DNA from: Callorhinchus milii | Lineage: Eukaryota | Assembly (NCBI RefSeq): GCF_018977255.1 | Contig: NW_024704743.1 | Coordinates: forward strand, 56,174,001 to 56,238,000 | DNA: 64,000 bases | Reading direction: 5' to 3' | In this document: positions 50,263 through 63,218 of the stretch, piece after piece | Numbering within the stretch: position 1 is the stretch's first letter | Layout: each line of letters starts with the position of its first letter | Notes under the pieces: model-generated | Seen by the model: the letters and a program-made list of their open reading frames with translations, nothing else | The model's database searches: none | What the model was told of the DNA's origin: nothing | Position numbers and translations under genes: made by a program

Positions 50263-53200
50263 GTAAGTGTACCGCTAAAGTAGAAGCTGGGAATAATGTG
50301 CCGAAATGGGGAAAATAATCGGTTGCTACCGTAATTGATTCTTACAATATTCACTTGTTTGTAAAATAAAACAACCTGGTTCCACCCTATCTCTCTGTGA
50401 ACCTACTGCCCTGGCTGCTCCTTCCATTTAGCAAACACAACCTGTTTTAGCCATTCTGCTCTTACTTTCTCTAAAACGTAATCCCGGAGGCCTCCCATCT
50501 TGCCCCTCTCTCTCCCTGCAAAACCAGCCAATCTCTTCAACCACACTTTCAGCTGCAGGTTACCTCCACAACCGCTATACCATTCAGCTGCATGAAGTGC
50601 TCTGAGCTGCTCTCCTGACTTAAAACATGCTGTGTAAATTATGCTAAAACCAGCTGGAGATCACCTTTGCTCTGCTGGTTAAGATACCACCAACTTAGAC
50701 TCAATGGCATGACTATTGTACTTGATTTGAGGATTCAGAATATACAAGAAGTGTTGATTCATATTGATCGAACAACATATTGTACAAAGCTGCTGTTCTT
50801 CTGAAAAATAAACTTTTATGTTTTGCTGAGTATCAATAGCTCATTAAGAATAAAATGGGCACCATTGGGCTGAAAGTGCAGTCTGTGTTAAGTGTAGAAG
50901 AATTGACAAAGTCAGTACGAATGGGATTTTCCCCCATTATGATCTTGCTTTGGCCAAGTTAGTGGAGATCATTGCAACCGGAATATCAGTTCTTGACTTT
51001 CCCAAGGATTGGATTCATTGGAACTTAAGTAAGCATGAAATAAATGAACAATTGTGGTGATTTTGGTCATGGTGCTTTGTTCTTCACAGAGCATGGAAAC
51101 AACAGCCCTGTCATGGATGACACTTTATCTCCATGGATATCTTTTTATAATCCATTCTTCTTGATCCAGAATGCTGGTGAGCAAAAGCTCCAGCATACAC
51201 GTTCATTCCATCATTCAAAAGAAATTAAATTGGTCACTCACTTCATGTCTGTTTTGTGGGACATTGTGATGTGCAGATTTGGCTGCTGTTTTTACCTACA
51301 AAATAGCCACAATAGCTTGCATTTATATAGGACCTTCACAAGGGGTACTATATCCTGTAGAATTGTTTGAGATGCCCTCCTGACATGAAAGGTGCAATAT
51401 CAAATACAAAGATTATTATTTTCAATCTTGCTCAGGTTGCTGTCTCTTCAGACCTTTATTCCCCAGTAAACTGCCACTACTTCCTTAACTACACAGAAAC
51501 CATTGTCTTGTTTTTACATATTCAGCACAGATATCAACTGATCTGCCTCTATTTTCCAAAGCTACATAAGCAAATGCTTAAATTATTTGTAGGAATTTAT
51601 AATTCCTCTTTCCTTCTCCTCCCACCCACCCACCCAATGAATTGGGCACTATTCTCATGTCTACTACTTTGTGGGGAAATCTTTCTTCTAATCTCTAAGC
51701 ATAATTTTTTCTAAATCCATTTGTATGATGCTCTTGAGCTTTTTCCTTGTTCCAGTTGATAGTCTACCTGGGCTATCATTTCCAATCTAATGTAATTTCT
51801 TTGATCAAGGATATAATGTTGGCTCCAGACCTTGGGTACAGCTCTCTTTTTAGTGGAGCCCCTAAAATATGCTCATTTCTTCTTGCATTTTCTTGAGCCC
51901 CTATCTAATGGGGTGGGAGATGCTCTGCACTCAACACTAAACTAAAAATTGCAGCCTGTAAAATTGTATGTTGCATTAAGCGAATGGAAACCACAGTTGT
52001 TAATAGAATTTTCCTTTTAAAAAAAATCAATCATTTGGGCAATATAATTCAATATACCTTCATGGGCAATATGATCAGAAAAGTGGACTTCAGTTTGTGT
52101 GTTTCAGAGTTGCTACTATGTTAAAGTGAAGTAATTTAAATCTATGTAGAAACTATTGTGGTGCTCTAAGTTGACATATTTCATTACTGCTGAAGACAAA
52201 TGGCAAAGAGCAGCCTTGTATGAATTATGTGCTGTGCAGCTTGTTATGATACCCTGTGTTCCCAGCAGGGTGGGATGTACAAGTTGATAAATCTTACCCT
52301 TACAGAAACATTACAAGATTGCAGGCAGCCTAAGGCTAGATAATCAGACACATCTGTTTCCTAATTCACAAACAACAGTATAATATCTTAAACGTCTGCT
52401 TTCCAATCAACCATAGAGGCTGCTTCCTGTAAAACAGAAACATGACTACAGTGAACAAATGCACTTTTACAAAAAAACTCCTTTCCAGTAAAATAATGAT
52501 AGAAAAATTATATCGGATTAATAATTTGCCCAACATGCTGGAGGGTAAATTCTACCAATCCATCCTGCAATCTTTTTTTGGAAAGACATCCTGTTAGATA
52601 TATAAATTGAGAAATAGTTATTTTAAAGTAACAGTGAAGTAACATAGAGCAAACTTTCAGAAAGGTTCTATGATTAATATCAATGTCCTGCAGTGATCTG
52701 AAGACTTCAAATGAGTACGGCCCTTGCTGATGTTCCCACTCAGTTGTACTTTGCCCTTTCCGTCAGTGAATACTAATTTAGGGATTTGTAAGGATCTGGA
52801 TTGGGATTACCCTACACAGCATGTTTATTTCCAGCTTGGTTCCCAAAGTGATAGGACAGAGCACCAAACAGTCCTACTCAAAATAGGAATAAGAATATTT
52901 GAGTGAATTCACCTGTTATAGATATCTTTCCTTTCAACTACTGTTTGACTCTACTATACCTGATTCTCTTTTACAAGCAGGTTCAGTTTTGTCAAGATAT
53001 CAGTTAGACTCTAGTTCAGAGTTGAATCCAGAAGATTTTAGGAGACTCACATTTCCAAGTATAATGTACTTTTAAAGGAAACACAAAGAGCAGGAAGATC
53101 CTGGATTCAACTCCCAACTGTCTTAGTTAGCTGACATTACACAGGTGAGAGAATGGATAATACAGTTGGTCTCAGTGCATTGAATAAAGGAGGAAAAATT

Positions 53201-53274
53201 TGAGTTTCTTGAAGTTTTACATCTCTCCTTCTCTGGATATAGTTCCATTTGTGCTGTTCATCATCCATTTATGT

Positions 53275-53632
53275 GTCAGCCTTTCTCAGCACTCTCACCT
53301 CTGAGTCAGAATGTTGTGGGTTCAATGTCAGGACTTGATCTTCCATAGTCTAAGCTGATACTCCAATGCGGTGCTGGGGGTGTGTTCCATTGTCGGAGTT
53401 GCCATCCTTCAGTTGGTGGATGTTAAAGATCCCATGGGACTGTTTGAAAAGAGAAGGGAGGTGCTCCTATTGCCCAGTGAAAAATCTGCAAGATAAAAGT
53501 AGTCATTTGTTTCATTGCTGTTTGTGGGACATTGCTGTGTGCAAATACAGTCTCTCCGCAGTAAATCCTGTGAAGTGCCTTGGGACATCCTCTGAAATGA
53601 AAGGCTCTATGCCAAATGCCAAATTATTATTG
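53275..53632 (+). mobile_element. Deu-domain SINE
   Basis: gcactctcacctctgagtcagaatgttgtgggttcaa head, core and tail. Confidence 0.78.
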
Positions 53633-55341
53633 CATTGCCCAACTGGACAATATTCATGTGCAAGTTTTCAGAGTGAGGCATGGCAGGCTGTTCAAGTGGG
53701 GGCAGAGTGGGTGGTGTGCCACAGCTCAGCCTGATAATGTCGATACATGCAACTCTCAGAATCTCGAGATAGTGATCCACTAAACCAGTGGCTGCTTTTT
53801 AACCCTTGTCTAAACTTAAAGGTTTGAGACTGATTATAGCATTACAGCTAGACCGTTGAAATCAGTGAACTCTGTTAGGCCAGGGATTTGATCCTGCAAT
53901 GTTAATCTACGGGAAATGCCTTTACTTGGGTGAACATAAAACATCTCCCACCCTCTTCAATTCCCCCATCTCCCAAAAATAGCCTAGCTTGGGTGCTCAG
54001 CAGGTTATGTAAAGTGTTTTAGGATGCCCTCCCTACATAAAAGGCATTATATAAATGCAAATTGTATTGTTTAATATCCCACTTCTGACCAAAAAATGTA
54101 TACTGGCGTGGACTAGCTGGGGTGAATAGCTTGTTTCCGTTCTATATAAAAAGCTATTCCTGGGATGGTCCTACTTTTATTTTAATTCCAATAGAGCTGT
54201 TTTTTTGTGTGGCAAAAAGCATACTGAGGTATCCTACACTCTTAGCTCAATCCGATGAAAAATAGAAAGACTCCTTTTGAAGCCTGTGAAGATGTCCAGC
54301 AAGGTTTGGAGAGCAACATAAATGAATTGTGAGGTGTATCCCCTAATGAACCACTGCCATGGGACTGAGTATTACCGAAATTAATACATTTGTAAAGGTT
54401 ATTTAAGTCGCATCTGTAGCAGACTCAGTGAGACCACTGGAAGCCGTTCAAACAGAAATAATGAATGCAGTTGTTTTGAATGTTTTTAACCCTTTTACTG
54501 TAGCAGATACTGATCATTGTGAAATTTATTTCTGCCTGGAGCTTTGCTCCCAATTTGTTAAGTATATTTTAGAGACTTGTTGGAGAAAAGGAAAAGGTCA
54601 TTCTAATCCTAAATCAAAGTTCTACGCAGATTCCATCTCTAATCCTTAATTTAGCCCTAATGCTTGTAATCTTTAGTGTTGATAGATAATTCCCATTGCT
54701 CTATATTGAGGTTTCATCATTTGGACACAATTAGGCACAATTTAAGTGATTTTCACCTAGAACATTTGTTAAAGTTAACCACTTTTAATTCTGTTAAAAT
54801 AAAGGTTGCTAGGTTGTTGGAATCATTACAGAAGTATGCATTTTTCAATTCATTTGAAGCATTTTAGGCACATTGTGATTATCGCCAATATGGGACTCCA
54901 TATTTCCCAGCTCTGTTTTTCAAGTCACGAGCATGAGACAGCCAGTCACAAATCAAAAAGGGTGTTTAGGAAACGTCTTTTCACAGAGAGTGGTGAGAAT
55001 GTGGAACTTGGTGTCATAAGCTGTGGTTGAAGCTAATAGTAGGAAGATATTTCAGAGGAAAATTGAAAATTCAGATAGCTTGAGTCCTTTTTTCACAGAT
55101 TTCATGGCAGAACTGGTTCTGTAATTTTGTTTCTTCCATGCAACATTTTTCACCGAAATTGTGACTGACCTACATAGACATCCATACGACTGACTGATTG
55201 GTAAAATAATCCAATGGGGGTAGGGGCAATATTCATTCAAAAAAAGAGGGAGAAAAAAAGTGATTCCAATACTAGTTTGAAAACGCATTGTTTGGAACTC
55301 TTTATTTAAAATGATATATCTAAATATGTTTTCCTTTTTAG

Positions 55342-55427
55342 GTTAAATTTTTTTCGAGACGTCCCAAATTTTAGAGTTCTGGCCTGTGGTGGGGATGGAA
55401 CTGTAGGATGGATCTTGGATTGTGTAG
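55342..55427 (+). CDS. DGKB: DGK beta catalytic exon with ATP-binding GGDG ([28 protein letters not shown])
   Basis: ttttag| acceptor, G|gtaagg donor; 86 nt, phase 2 to 1. Confidence 0.97.
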
Positions 55428-56217
55428 GTAAGGTCCTTGGCTATTGTGCTTCCCACAAATACACTCAGAAAATGGATGGTTGAGGAATATTTCTCAATCA
55501 ATAAGAACTTTTCACCAAGAATTACACGTGGCTGAGAGTATAATTCGTGTCCATCCCATGGATTCACATGATATTAAACCACAAAAATGAAGCTCACATT
55601 ACTTATTCGATGAAACACCAAGTATCATAGCTTGAACAATTCATAAATAACTCAATTTTTAAGTATATACTAATTTATCTCTTATCCCCATACCCTCCTC
55701 AATCTCTAACTGAGAGTGCTGACTGTAATGTTACTATTGTACATCCCTGTACCATTCCTATACCCTTTTACTCTCAGAATTTTTTTTCTCTCCCTCTATT
55801 CTCTCTCTTTCTATGACTTTAAATTGCTCTCTATTGCTTTCTTATCCCTTCCACAGCTCTAACCGTACACTGTACACTCCTGAAAAAACACCAGTCTCAC
55901 ATTGCCAGTTCACAGTTGCACTGGAACACTGAATCAAATGGCTGGGAGTCATGTGCAGTGCTTAGTTTGTTTTATTTGCTCTTCCCGACTCAGCCTAATG
56001 TGGATAAGGTGATGCATGGGTAGTCAGCGTGTAGTTACATGTACATTTGGCTATCAGAATTATATCCAGAATTAGATTATTGTATCTTATGTAGCTCAGT
56101 TGCTGCTTACCTATTATGCAATCAGTTCATCAAAATTGTAATTGGTTATGTTGGACTGTATTGGACAATTTAAATGCATGAGCTTGTCATGAATACAGGA
56201 GCAAGGAAGTAATGTTA

Positions 56218-56541
56218 CAACAACAATCAACAACAATCCTTGCATTTGATATAGTGCTTTTCACGTCGGGAGGATGTCCCAAAGCGCTTCACAGAACCCA
56301 CTGTAAAGTGAATTGACTGTATATTTGTGGGCGAACGCGGCAGCCAATTGCGCACAGCAGTGTCCCACAAACAGTCGTAGATTGAAAATGACCAATTTAT
56401 TATTGTTTTTGGTTTTTGGAGGGATTATTATTAGGCGTGTGGATTAAGGAAACTTGCCCAAGGTTTCGCCCTCTGCCTGGAATTGAACTCAGGTCTCTCG
56501 CTTGCAAAGCGAGTGCTCTAACCACTGAGCTACAGGACTCC
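56218..56541 (-). mobile_element. tRNA-headed SINE (short form) with (TTG)n tail and 6-bp TSD
   Basis: Nearly the same as 17517-17834; ATGTTA at 56212-56217 and 56542-56547; sits in an old CR1. Confidence 0.93.
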
Positions 56542-57220
56542 ATGTTAAATTTGTACAAGAGATTGGTTAGGTCACTGTTGTCAGTGGAATACAGTAGAGC
56601 CCCATTATAACATAATTCGGGTCTTCTCCCAGTCTATGGTATAACTGGAAATGATTGCTAATTAGTGCTTCCCTGTTCATTGTGCATGTGTGCAGATAGC
56701 CAGCCCTGGCCTAGTTTTTGTGCGCTAAGAATGGCCAACTTCTGGGTAATCAGAGCACCACTGATCAATTCAACTGATATCAATTCCTGTGTTTTGTGAA
56801 AAGCCAGCTAGTATTTTGAAATTTACTGGCCAGCTTTCTGCACATATTTTAGATTTTCTGAAAAGTGAATGTCACGGTCCACAATCCAATAGTGCTATAA
56901 TTGAACCCATGTTATGACAACACATGTTCTGCTCTGGACCAGTATTGAGCACCGAAAGAGGCATCACTATTGTGGGGAGAATGCAATAGAGGCTCAGCTC
57001 AATAAGATGAGCAGAGTGATGAGAGGTTATGTAGAAAGGTGAGAAAAGTTGAGCATATGTTCGCTGGAGTATGACAAGTTCAAAAAGGGTCTAAGTGAGG
57101 TCTTTCAAATTGTAAATGATTTTGGTTGGTAAATAAAAGGACAATTTCCATAAGTCAGAGAGTCTAACAAGAGTATAAATTGAGGGTTAAACAAATGATA
57201 GATGGAATTTTTTTGTGTGA

Positions 57221-57970
57221 TAAGCTAGATGGTACAATCTTAAAGAGGGCAAAGGAACTGAGACACCTGGGGATTCATATAGATAAATCTTTGACGTTGG
57301 CAGGTCAGGTAGATAAAGCTGTTAAGAAAGCATACAGGATACTAGGCTTTATAAATAGGGGTATAGAATACAAAAGTCAGGAAGTTATGATAAACCTTTA
57401 TAAAACATTGGTTAGGTCTTAGCTAGAGTATTGCGTTCAGTTCTGGGCATCACACTTTAGGAAGGATGTCAAGGCATTGTAGAGGGTACAAAGGAGATTT
57501 ACCAGGATGGTACCAGGAATGAGGGCCTTCAATTATCAGAAGAGGCTAGAGAAGCTAGGATTATTCTCCGTGGAGCAGAGAAGGATAAGAAGAGATTTAA
57601 TAGAAGTTTTCAAAATTATGAGGGGATTCGATAAGGTGAACAAGGAGAAACTATTTCCACTGGCGGGTGGGTCGGTAGCCCAAGGGCACCGATTTAAAAT
57701 AGTTGTTAAAAGAAATAGAGGGGAGGTGAGGAGAATTTTTTCACAGCGTGTTGTTCGTATCTGGAATCCATTGCCTGAAAGGTTGGTGGAAGCCGATTCA
57801 TTAACAACTTTTAAGAGAGAAATCGATAACCCTTTGGGGAGGACAAGTTTCCAGGGCTATAAGCAGAGAGAGTGGGAGTCAGATTAATTTGGGTAGCTCT
57901 TTTCAAAGAGCCGGCATAGACACGATGGGCCGAACGGCCTCCTTCTGAGCTGTATAATTCTATGCTTTTA
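57221..57970 (+). mobile_element. Younger CR1 LINE 3' fragment
   Basis: ILGFINRGIEYKSQEVMINLYKTLVR*LEYC; RLEKLGLFS.E.RR.R.DLIEVFKI; 3' UTR gatgggccgaacggcctccttctg...attctatg. Confidence 0.93.
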
Positions 57971-58479
57971 TGATTATTAGATTATGGAATGCTTTGCCTC
58001 AAATAGTGTTTGAAAGCAAGTATAGAACAACATGTAAAGGGTAGAAACACAGAAAGAAGCCTTTTTGCCCATAAAATCTGCACCAACTCTCAGATCAAGG
58101 AGATCAATTGAGTCTCACTGCCCCACTTTATCCGCATACACAACAACTTGCACTTATATAGCATCCTCCAGACAGGGTAGTGTCTCAGAACGATACCCCT
58201 TCAAGCTCTTCTCTTTCATATTGCCTGTCTACTTTCTTCTTGAAAGCTACACTATAATTGAATACATTCTTGAATAAAAATAATATTGAAGGATAAGGAT
58301 AGAGTCAGAGATAGCAAAGGAAAGAGATTGGAGATAACTACACTTGCACATACAGGGACACCAGCAACTATATTTCGGTGGTTGGCCAATGTTGTGTATT
58401 ATCACCAAAGTCTACGTCATTGAGGTTTGAATTAGATTTCATACATTTCCCACAATTGCCAAACTGAGGTGGCAATTAC

Positions 58480-58700
58480 TATACGTTGGCCAGAGGGGGG
58501 CCGGGGTCCCGGGGATCAGGACCAGCGTTAGCCAGAGTCGGGGCGGATAACTGCCGGCTGGGCGGGAGTCTCGTGAACCTTGAAGTGGGGTGGGTGTCGC
58601 GGGGATCGAGCGGCGGCCATTACCGGTGAGGAGGGATGCCATTTTTGACTTCCAGTTTTTCCCCGCCATTCCACGTGACGTTACTTCCGCCCTCTAGGTT
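58480..58700. promoter_or_regulatory. CpG-rich putative promoter at the L2 5' end
   Basis: GC boxes, GCCATTTT and CCGCCATT (YY1-like), CACGTGAC (E-box) overlapping TGACGT, ACTTCCG (ETS core), the last four within 58638-58690. Confidence 0.5.
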
Positions 58701-61700
58701 TGAATCCCTGGCAGCAGCTACAACACAGTACTGTACAGGACAGGATAGCCTGTACCAGTGTCTCCGTCCGTCCGTCCACCTGTCATTCCCCTGCAGGCTG
58801 CTTGTTGCTTTCCACAATGAGCACTCTTCCCCCCTCTGTGCCACCTCTAGCCCCCCCAGTCTCCTGCAGGCTGACAGTGTCCTGCTAAACCCACCGCCTC
58901 TTGTCCCAGCGTGCGCATCTTGACTGCCGTCCCCAACCCGAGCTGGCCCTCCCTCGAAATGCCCCCCTCCCTGCAACTTTCCCGCTCTGTCCTGCTCTAT
59001 CTCTGCCCTCCCCGCCTCTTATCTCTGCTGGATCCCCCACACTGCCTCCCTCTGCTCCAGCTTGGGAATCCTCCGCCGGGCTCATCGCGGCACTCGGCGC
59101 TGGCTGTCCAGCAGCAGCCATACTGACTGCCCCATTCCCCACTACCGCCGCAAGTCACCCCGGACCCTGACCCGGGGGCTAACCTCTCCTCCCTCATCCG
59201 CGTCCCCACCCTCCCTCCCAACTAACCCACTACCCCCTCCCAACCCACACATCCCCCTGCCAACTGTCCACTCTGCATTGAACTTCAAAATGTCAGCTCC
59301 ATCTCCAACAAGATCCTGGCCATCAATGAACTCATCCTCGATGAGAACATTGACATCATGGCATTAACAGAAACCTGGATCACCCCAGGTGACACCTTCC
59401 CCTCACTGAGGCCACACCATCCGGCTACACCTATCACCATGCCCCACTCCCCAACCATCGTGGTGGTGGTGCGGCTCTCATATCCAGGGCATCACTTGTC
59501 CTATTGCCCTACTCCACCAACTCATTCTCCTCCTTCGAACACCTTACCCTCTGCCATCCCTCCCACCTCTCTCTGAAAATTCTCTTACTTTACCGCCCCC
59601 CAAAATTCTCTCCCATCTTCATCTCTGACATCTCCACCCTTCCTGTTTCCCTCTGCCTCTGCTCCGACCGCCTCATCATCCTAGGCGACTTCAACCTCCA
59701 CTTCACCCCCTCCTGCTCCACCTCCTCAGACTTCTCCTCTCTCAACCTCTTCCTCCACATCCACTCTGCTACCCATACCCACGGTCACCCGTTCGACCTG
59801 GTGATCACCCGGGGCCTCAGCATCTCGAATGTCACCATCACTGACAAGGCCATCTCTGACCACCATTTCATATCCCTCAACTCCCATATCCCTCTCCCCA
59901 CTGCCTCCAAACATACCACCATCTTCTACCGCTTGTGGAAGATCTCCCAGCAATCCCTCTCTGTTTCCCTGGAGTCCTCTGATTTCCTCCCTCTCTGGCC
60001 CACCTCTTGCAACAATCCACTCACTGCACTCACTCTTCTCCACAGCACTCTCTCCACCACACTTGAGGTCCTTGCTCCCCTCACCTCCCGAACTGCCTCC
60101 TAGTCCCAATCCTCACGCTGGTTCTCCAGCCACCTTCGCTCGCCTAAGGGCCGGGTGTAGTCTGCCAAATGCACTTGGCTCAAATCCGGCCTAACGGTCC
60201 ACCGCCACATCTGGCTGGACCTCATCCCGCTCCGCTCTCGCCTCAGCCAAATCATCCTTCTATTCCAGGTTAATCCTGGAGGCGAAAGGAAATCCCAGGC
60301 TCCTGTTCTCCACCGCTAACCGGCTCCTCCGCCCTCTCCGACATGCCTCGCAGATACTTTCCTCTGACTCTCACTGCAAAAAAATGCTGGACTGTCTCGA
60401 GTACAAAATCGAGGGAATCCGCTCAGCTGCTACTGCCCTCCAAATTTCCAACCCCTCCCTACCCCCACCCCTCACAATTACACATCCGACAATTACTCAT
60501 CCCTCATTCCACACCTTTGAACCTGTCACTCCCTCCTCTGTCTTCAACACGGTAACCTCCATGAAGTCCACCACCTGCTCCCTCGACCCCATCCCCACCC
60601 CTCTCCTTAAATCCCAGCTCCACCTCCTTGCCCCACTCCTGGCCGACATCATCAACCTCTCCCTCTCATCTGTCACTGTTCCTACCCCCGTCAAAACAGC
60701 CATTATCAACCCCACCTTGAAAAAACCTTCCCTCGACCCATCACATCTATCCAGCTACCGGCCCATCTCAAATATTCCTTTCCTCTCCAAGGTCCTTGAG
60801 AGAGCCATTGCCTCCCAGCTTCGCTCTTTCCTCTCACTCCCTCCATGAACCCCTTCAATCGGGTTTCCGTGCTGTGGGTAGCACAGAAACTGCTCTGGTT
60901 AAGGTCACAACTGACATCCTGACCATGTGTGACCAGGGCTCCCTCTGCCTCCTCGACCTCTCTGCCGCCTTTGACACCGTGGTCCACTAAACCCTCCTCC
61001 ACCGGCTCTCCTCCCACCTAAATCTTCAGGGTTCTGTCCTTGACCTACCTTTCACACCGCCTCCATTTCGTTATGACAAACGGTTTCTCCTCCAGCCCCC
61101 TCACTGTCTCGTGGGGTGTTCCTCAGGGCTCTGTCCTCAGTCCCCTCCTCTTCACCCTCTACGTGCTACCCCTTGATGATGTCATCCGCAGACATGGGGT
61201 AAGTTTCCACATGTATGCAGATGACACCCAATTCTACCTCTCTGCCTCCACCCTGAACTCCAGGACTACTGAGGTCATGACCAACTGCCTGTCTGACATC
61301 AAGTCCTGGATGAGGGCCAACTTTCTCCAACTCAACATCAGCAAGACCGAGTCCCTCCTGATTGGCTCACACCAGCGCTTCCGCACTTCAGGGAGGTGTC
61401 CATGGCTGCACACTCAACCTCACTCAGCCAGTCAGAAACCTGGGTATCTTGTTTGACACTGAACTGTCCTTTCTGCCCCACATCCGCGCCATGACCGGCA
61501 CTGCCCACCACCACCTCCGCACATTGCCAGACTCCGCCACTGCCTCATCCCTCAGGCTGCCGAAACCCTCACCCACACATTTGTCACATCAAGACTCGAT
61601 CACGGGAACTTCCTTCTCATCGAGCTTCCTGACTCTTCCCTTCACAAGCTGCAGATCATCCAAAACTCTGCAGCTTGTGTATTCTCACGCACTTGGCTCC

Positions 61701-62174
61701 GTGACCAATTCACTCCCATCCTCACCCGACTCCACTGGCTCCCCATCCCCCAGAGGATCGAATTCAAAATCCTCGTCCTCACCTTTAAGACCATGCATGG
61801 TCTTGCCCCCTCCTACCTCTCTGACCTGCTGACTCCCTAGCAGCCTGCCTGCTCCCTCCGTTCATCAGGCTCCGGCCTGCTCCATGTCTCCCGCCTGACT
61901 GTCGGTGGCCGGGCTTTCAGCCTCTCTGCCTCCACACTCTGGAACTCCATCCCACGGTCCCTTCACCTCGCTTCCTCCCTTGCCTCCTTCAAGGCCGGTC
62001 TCAAGACCCTTCTCTTCGACTGTGCCTTTGGTCTCACTCCCACCTCTCTGCCTTCCCTCACCCCTACATCACCCCTCCCCTATGCTCGGGCCCTGACATC
62101 TGACTGTTCAGCACTTTGGGATGTCCTCCAGACATGAAAGCCACTCTATAAATGTAATTTTGTTGTTGTTGTTT
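58480..62174 (+). mobile_element. Near full-length L2 LINE, decayed (APE endonuclease + RT)
   Basis: APE: LQNVSSISNKI...[71 protein letters not shown]. (TTG)n tail at about 62160-62174; several frameshifts and stops. 5' boundary uncertain. Confidence 0.93.
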
Positions 62175-62306
62175 ATTCTTCTAGTTATACAGTATTTTCA
62201 ACCTAAAGTGAATTTAAAGGATTGATGTTTATTGGTTCAATTGCTAAGTATTCTAGTAGAAAAGCAGCTAAAATATTGTGATGCTTTTCTTTCATTTTGT
62301 TTGTAG

Positions 62307-62396
62307 ACAAGGCGAATTTACTCCAACATCCTCCAGTTGCAGTTCTTCCACTTGGGACAGGCAATGACTTAGCGAGGTGTCTGAGATCAGGAGGAG
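62307..62396 (+). CDS. DGKB: DGK beta catalytic exon ([30 protein letters not shown])
   Basis: ttgtag| acceptor, G|gtgaga donor; 90 nt, phase 1 to 1; [11 protein letters not shown] motif. Ser where Trp is expected. Confidence 0.95.
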
Positions 62397-62903
62397 GTGA
62401 GAGTAATTTTTCATCCATTGAAATGCATCGTGTCCACAGGCAATTGTGCTGAATTCCACAGCCATCAGTTGTATGACTGAGATCAATTCAACAATTCAAA
62501 CACAGCTTTTTAGAGTCTTAAGTGTCGACATTTTCCCAGTGTGATGGCAACATTTAATCTGTAATTTTCTAATGTTTACTGAGGGAGTTCTATGTTGTTT
62601 GAAAAGGAATTGTTGTGCCTGTCACACAGTATTTGTTGACTGTAAATTGCTAGCTCAGCAGTTCTTGGAGAGAGCAGGATCTGTGCGATGATGCTGTCAA
62701 GAAGCAGAAAAATAATTAATCAGGTGGAGGGACTCCACTCGAAATGGTCCATGTGGCAAAAGTGTTTCTTTGGCAGCAAAAGTCACTACATTGGACAGTA
62801 AAAACTTGTGAATGGTTTGAGATGCTATAAGAATGCAGCTAATAGCTTCCTTTTTGCTTCTATCAAATATCGGCCTTGCTCAGTTAGAAGCACTCTTGGC
62901 TAT

Positions 62904-63218
62904 AATAATAATAATAATCCTTGCATTTGATATAGCGTTTTCCACTTCTTCTAGACATCTCAAAGCACTTCACAGAATATACTGTAAAATGAATTGACAG
63001 TATATTTGTGGGCGAAACGCGGCAGCCAATTGCACACAGCAGTGTCCCACAAACAGTCGTGGATTGAAAATGACCAATTTATTATTGTTTTGTTTTGGAG
63101 GGATTATTATTAGGCGTGTGGAGTAAGGAATCTTACCCAAGGTTTCACCCTGCCTGGAATTGAACCCAGGTGTCTCGCTTGCAAGGCGAGTGCACTAACC
63201 ACTGAGCTACAGGACTCC
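62904..63218 (-). mobile_element. tRNA-headed SINE (short form) inserted in the head of an older Deu SINE
   Basis: Colinear with the 56218 copy; GCTAT at 62899-62903 and 63223-63227; host head gctcagttagaagcactct resumes as gaatccaaaggctgtaggttcaa. Confidence 0.9.
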
